Origin: an uncultured Oligoflexus sp.
GTDB taxonomy: Bacteria; Bdellovibrionota_B; Oligoflexia; Oligoflexales; Oligoflexaceae
Direction: 5' to 3'
Length of the DNA: 64,000 nt
NCBI GenBank assembly: GCA_964236955.1
Contig: CAXSGP010000004.1
Location: 13,942 to 77,941 of the forward strand
The notes below the pieces were generated by a model. That model was not told the origin of the DNA. It did no database searches and saw only the letters and a list, made by a program, of their open reading frames with translations. Every line of letters starts with the position of its first letter. Position 1 is the stretch's first letter. Below, piece after piece: positions 59,717 to 64,000 of this stretch. Both the position numbers and the translations under genes were made by a program.

Positions 59717-61483
59717 GTGAGTGATTTTGAGACCCAATTAAAGATGACCTTCTTAGAGGAAGCCGAACAGCTCCTCAGTGACTGCGAACAGTCCTTCATG
59801 GACCTTGAGACCAACCCCCATGATAAAAGCGTTCTGAGCAGGATCTTTCGTCTCGCCCATAGCTTTAAGGGCTCGGCCGGAGCCGCCGGCTTTGAAGACC
59901 TTATGCAACTTGCCCATCAACTGGAATCCCTGCTCGTCAAACTCACTGAAGGCAAGTTACAGCCATCACCGGCGATCGTCAGTCTGCTCTTGCGCGCTAA
60001 CGATGAATTGGCCCATATGGTGCTGGTTTTAAAAGGTGATACGAATATTCGCTTTAATATCGCAACTTGGATCGATGAGATTCGCCTGATCCAAAATACT
60101 GATCCATCCCCAGTGGCAAAACCCTCGGCAGGTTTTGTCATCTTTGACGAAGAGCCCACAGCCCCCGCAGCAGCGCTAGTTCGAGTCCCAACAACGGTAG
60201 CAAGCGAGCCCCAGCCATTGGCTCTGGTCTCTTCAGCCAAGCCGCCGAATGGCGTTTCTCCTGCTTCAGGGGACCATAAAGTCGCCCATCACGCCGAGGA
60301 AAGCATACGGGTCAATCTACGTCGAATCGATAAGCTAGTGAATGACGTTGGGGAACTCGTCATCCTGCAGACCGTCCTCTATCAATACCGGAACTCGATC
60401 GAGTCCGCATTTATTCAAAAGACCATAGGTCAGCTTGAAAAGGTCACGCGCGAGATTCAAGATACGTCGATGGGTCTTAGAATGCTGCCTATAAAACCAA
60501 CTTTTCAAAAGATGCAACGCATCATTCGTGATTCCGCTCAGACACTTGGCAAGCAAATTATTTTTGATACCCAAGGCGAAGACACCGAGATCGATAAAGT
60601 GGTTCTGGATGCTCTCTCGGATCCGTTGGTTCATCTCATTCGGAATGCGGTCGATCACGGAATTGAAACGGGGGATGAGCGGGAAGCCGTGGGCAAAGCT
60701 CGCGAGGGTCATGTAAAACTCACCGCCTATAACCAAGGCGACAATCTCATTATTGAAATCCACGACGATGGTAAAGGCCTTGATGTCGAAAAGATTATGA
60801 AAAAAGCCCGCGCGATCGGTCTGATCGGACCCCATGTGAAACTCAGCGATCATGAGGCTCACCAGCTTATATTTGCATCTGGATTTTCAACGAAGGAGGC
60901 GGTGACTTCACTGTCCGGAAGGGGAGTGGGTATGGATGTTGTAAAAACCCACGTCGAGCAGGTGCAAGGTTCAATCGAGATTCAGTCCGAACTGGGACAA
61001 GGCACTTGCTTTCGCATCGTCTTGCCGCTGACTCTCGCATTAATTGAAGGGATGATTATTAAAGCCGGTGGCCAACGATTTGTTGTGCCAATCTCAGCTA
61101 TAATCGAAAGCCTGCAGCCAAAAAAAGAACATATCCAATGGGTAGCCGGCAAAGGCTATTACCTCAAGCTTCGAGGCGATACCGTTCCGGTGTATAGGCT
61201 CACCGAGATTTTCCGTTCGCCCGTCGAAGCGGTCGATCTAAGCCAATGCATTGCTGTCATTGGCCGAACGCCGAAAGGTGAGTCCTATGCAGTCATCGTC
61301 GACGACATTATAGGCCAGCAGCAGATTGTGATTAAAAGCCTTGGGCCGGAACTTAAGAACATTGTTGGAGTCACCGGGGCAGCCATCCTTAGCGACGGCC
61401 GCGCGGCGCTTATTCTCGACATGTCAGATCTTGTTCAAAGCTTTGCTAAATCTCCGGCCTCAACTAAAAGGAGATCAGCTTAA
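59717..61483 (+). CDS. cheA: Chemotaxis histidine kinase CheA (no P2 domain)
   Basis: FRLAHSFKG Hpt; SIRV...D.L.N.VGELV; HLIRNAVDHG; GFST, SGRGVGMDVV; CheW-like P5. Confidence 0.95.
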   Translation: MSDFETQLKMTFLEEAEQLLSDCEQSFMDLETNPHDKSVLSRIFRLAHSFKGSAGAAGFEDLMQLAHQLESLLVKLTEGKLQPSPAIVSLLLRANDELAHMVLVLKGDTNIRFNIATWIDEIRLIQNTDPSPVAKPSAGFVIFDEEPTAPAAALVRVPTTVASEPQPLALVSSAKPPNGVSPASGDHKVAHHAEESIRVNLRRIDKLVNDVGELVILQTVLYQYRNSIESAFIQKTIGQLEKVTREIQDTSMGLRMLPIKPTFQKMQRIIRDSAQTLGKQIIFDTQGEDTEIDKVVLDALSDPLVHLIRNAVDHGIETGDEREAVGKAREGHVKLTAYNQGDNLIIEIHDDGKGLDVEKIMKKARAIGLIGPHVKLSDHEAHQLIFASGFSTKEAVTSLSGRGVGMDVVKTHVEQVQGSIEIQSELGQGTCFRIVLPLTLALIEGMIIKAGGQRFVVPISAIIESLQPKKEHIQWVAGKGYYLKLRGDTVPVYRLTEIFRSPVEAVDLSQCIAVIGRTPKGESYAVIVDDIIGQQQIVIKSLGPELKNIVGVTGAAILSDGRAALILDMSDLVQSFAKSPASTKRRSA

Positions 61484-61998
61484 TGTCAAAGACTGAGGGT
61501 CTCGGTCCCAATCTTGAGGGGCATCCAGCCGGGAAAGCTTCCCGTTATCTTGTTTTCTATTTAAGTGGCAGCCATTACTCGGTGCCCCTTCTTAAAGTAC
61601 GCGAAGTTATGGCCATGACCGAAATCACCCCGGTACCTTATACGCCCCCTCATTTCAAAGGGATCATAAACCTCAGGGGGCAGGTCATCACCGTGATTGA
61701 CCTGCGACTTAAGCTCCAGGTGAAGATTGATGCGAGTCAAAAAGAAAGTGCAATCATCATCCTCGATTTGATATCAGGCCCTCTGGGTATTATTGTGGAT
61801 TCGGTTGAGTCCGTGGTGGCGGTTCACCCTGAAAATGTTCAGGCCTGTCCCGATCTGGAAGGCGAGGGCGATACTGAAATGATTTTGGGTATCACACGAA
61901 TCGGCGACAAACTCATTCTAATTTTAGAAATAGAAAAGGCTCTCATTCTCGAAGCTTTCTCCGAAGCAAGTCCATTCCTAGAAAATGAAGCCGCCTAA
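61483..61998 (+). CDS. cheW: Chemotaxis coupling protein CheW
   Basis: YLVF.L, VREV, T.VP..P...KGIINLRGQV..VIDLR, G.IVD.V. Confidence 0.95.
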   Translation: MSKTEGLGPNLEGHPAGKASRYLVFYLSGSHYSVPLLKVREVMAMTEITPVPYTPPHFKGIINLRGQVITVIDLRLKLQVKIDASQKESAIIILDLISGPLGIIVDSVESVVAVHPENVQACPDLEGEGDTEMILGITRIGDKLILILEIEKALILEAFSEASPFLENEAA

Positions 61999-62023
61999 AC
62001 CAGCTCTACAAGGGGCATGAATT

Positions 62024-62869
62024 ATGAATCACGCTTTAGTTATCGATCAGGAATATTTGAAAGCATTTGACTATTTTCGAAGTGAATTGAAGCGACGGGT
62101 CGGTATTGCCATCGCCGACAACAAGGGTGAAATGCTCAAGGGTCGCTTGCGTAAGCATGTTATAGAGCTGGGGTTACCCGACTTTGATGCCTATGCCGCC
62201 TTTCTCAAAAAGATCCCTGACAATCATGCTGAGTGGGAGATTTTTATCAATTGCCTGACCACGAATAAGACCGATTTCTTTCGGGAGCCCGAGCATTTTG
62301 AGTATCTCAGTCGCGAGATCCTGCGCGAGTGGCAGACCGAAACCAGGTCTTCGTCCGAGTTTAATATCTGGTGTGCGGCCAGCTCGACCGGAGAGGAACC
62401 CTTCACTCTGTCGATGGTTCTGCTAAAACATGCAAAAATTCAGCCATTTTCTTACAGTATATTGGCCACCGACATCGATTCGGAGGTGCTTAGCCGGGCT
62501 AAGCGCGGCGTCTATCCCATCAGCAAACTGGAAGAGATCCCGCTTGAATATCGACGGGATTCGATCGCCGTGGGTACTGGTGACATAAGTTCCTGGTTTA
62601 AGATCAAAGACCACCTGCGCGCCGCCTTGAGTTATCAGCGTTGCAACCTTATCCATACGCCTTTCCAAATTACCAAAAAATTCGATGTTATCTTCTGCCG
62701 AAATGTCCTGATATATTTCACTCCCGATACTATCGCGAAAGTTGCTGAAGGCCTTTACGGAGCGACCAAACCTGGTGGTTATCTTGTGATCGGCCACTCC
62801 GAAAGCCTTCATAACGTGAAGACTCAGTGGCAATATGTGAAACCTTCCGTCTATCGAAGAAGGGCCTAA
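62024..62869 (+). CDS. cheR: Chemotaxis methyltransferase CheR
   Basis: LTTNKTDFFRE..HF, IWCAASSTGEEP, ATDID, IFCRNVLIYF, GHSESL. Confidence 0.95.
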   Translation: MNHALVIDQEYLKAFDYFRSELKRRVGIAIADNKGEMLKGRLRKHVIELGLPDFDAYAAFLKKIPDNHAEWEIFINCLTTNKTDFFREPEHFEYLSREILREWQTETRSSSEFNIWCAASSTGEEPFTLSMVLLKHAKIQPFSYSILATDIDSEVLSRAKRGVYPISKLEEIPLEYRRDSIAVGTGDISSWFKIKDHLRAALSYQRCNLIHTPFQITKKFDVIFCRNVLIYFTPDTIAKVAEGLYGATKPGGYLVIGHSESLHNVKTQWQYVKPSVYRRRA

Positions 62870-62874
62870 ACCCA

Positions 62875-64000
62875 ATGAATAACATCCAGAATTACCAACT
62901 CGGTATCGGGGAAATATTGATCGTTTCGGATAGTGGCTCCATCAGCACAGTGCTCGGGTCCTGCGTTTCTATCTGCCTTTATGCCGATGATGGCAGCATT
63001 GGTGGCATGAACCACTTTGTAGTGCCCTGGCCAGACCGCGACAGTCGTAAGAACGACGAGCTGCGCTACGGGGAAATGTCCTGTAAGATTCTTATCGAAT
63101 CGGTACTCGCCCAACCCGGCGTAAAGAAAAGCCAGCTTAAAGCCAAGATCGTCGGAGGCGCATCGCTCATCGAAACTCAAGGCCTTTCCCGGGAAATTGG
63201 CAATCTCAATATTGAAGTGGCGCGAAGGACTTTAGCCCGTTACCAAATTCCACTGATCAGCGAGGATGTGGGAGGAGGACTTGGCCGGAATGTCTATTTT
63301 TTCACGGCCACGGGTCGAGTGAGAGTCAGCCAATTGCCGAAAAATCATCAAGCCATTCCCAAAATTATTTTTAATCCCTTCGTCAGTCCGACCGTTCCAC
63401 TCGCTGCAAGCTCCCCCTTGGACCGGCGATTGGTGGTGGAACCGAATTTCGCCCCTTCCGCGCCTCAGGTGCTATCCTCCGTTTATCCAATAGTCACGAA
63501 TGCCCAGTGTTCGGTTTTGCCTGCAAAAACAGGGGACAAAAAGCGGGTTTTGATCGTCGACGATTCCAAGACTATTCAAGTATTCTTGACGCGCGTGTTC
63601 GCCGCTGATCCTGACATCGAAGTCGTCGGCGTTGCTAACCATCCGGGCGAAGCAGATGAAATTCTGGCCAAAACCGCCGTCGACGTGATGACGCTCGACA
63701 TTCAGATGCCCGTCTTGGATGGGGTCAGCTATCTCGAAAAACTTCTCCCTATCCGGCCAATACCCGTTGTCATGCTGACCTCCATGAGTCCCGAAGACGG
63801 CAACCACGTGTTAAAAGCGTTGGATCTCGGGGCCATCGATTATATGCAAAAGCCAAAACTCTCGGATCTGGCGATCCTGGGGCCGATTATCTGCGAAAAG
63901 GTAAAGGCAGCTGCTAACGCCCAAGTCTCCACCCGATCAAAGACCTTTGAGTCCAAAATCAAGTCCTCACGCCCCGTTGGTGCAGGTTCCCGCATACCCT
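62875..64000 (+). CDS. cheB: CheD-receiver fusion, probably CheD::CheB (3' end outside window; absent from ORF track)
   Basis: Hand translation open to window end: CheD (TVLGSCVSICL, GGMNHF, AKIVGGA, EDVGG..GR), Pro-rich linker, CheB-type REC (RVLIVDDS, TLDIQMPVLDG, PVVMLTS, LGAIDY..KP). Confidence 0.88.
   Translation, partial: MNNIQNYQLGIGEILIVSDSGSISTVLGSCVSICLYADDGSIGGMNHFVVPWPDRDSRKNDELRYGEMSCKILIESVLAQPGVKKSQLKAKIVGGASLIETQGLSREIGNLNIEVARRTLARYQIPLISEDVGGGLGRNVYFFTATGRVRVSQLPKNHQAIPKIIFNPFVSPTVPLAASSPLDRRLVVEPNFAPSAPQVLSSVYPIVTNAQCSVLPAKTGDKKRVLIVDDSKTIQVFLTRVFAADPDIEVVGVANHPGEADEILAKTAVDVMTLDIQMPVLDGVSYLEKLLPIRPIPVVMLTSMSPEDGNHVLKALDLGAIDYMQKPKLSDLAILGPIICEKVKAAANAQVSTRSKTFESKIKSSRPVGAGSRIP

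Noticed and set aside
1..64000. CRISPR arrays, tRNA/rRNA genes, IS elements
   Set aside because: By eye I found no spaced direct repeats, tRNA T-arm/CCA patterns or transposase ORFs; a tool scan could still find something I missed

Overview
This is a gene-dense bacterial chromosomal window with roughly balanced GC. Gene content and style suggest Bdellovibrionota, probably Oligoflexia (inference): DUF3015/DUF4105 cassette, 7TM-DISM adenylate cyclase, small HAMP membrane protein, PilZ-GNAT fusion, CheD-CheB fusion and many orphan lipoproteins/beta-barrels. Housekeeping genes: class I/II aminotransferase, thrS, ggt, MoeB-rhodanese, rhomboid, cydAB, peroxiredoxin, P5C dehydrogenase, GTP-PEPCK, sufS-sufU, lon, TauE/DUF1634, NUDIX, OMPLA and the start of a cheA-cheW-cheR-cheD::cheB operon running off the right edge. 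I saw no rRNA, tRNA, CRISPR array, IS element or prophage. The most notable observations are: (1) an orphan, divergent diadenylate-cyclase-like (DisA_N) protein with RHR changed to RRR; (2) a ~165-nt structured leader with its own promoter and an SD-sequestering stem upstream of a SAM methyltransferase; (3) a PilZ-PilZ-GNAT (FeeM-like) fusion; (4) a CheD-receiver(CheB) fusion missed by the ORF track; (5) several apparent pseudo-enzymes (CheA-like receptor without the Hpt His, FadD without both catalytic lysines, dead GIY-YIG, degenerate TerB); (6) envelope cassettes of unknown function (2xDUF3015+DUF4105; DUF3943+barrel+PAP2 sharing a C-terminal beta-hairpin). All family assignments come from recognising motifs by eye, not from database searches.
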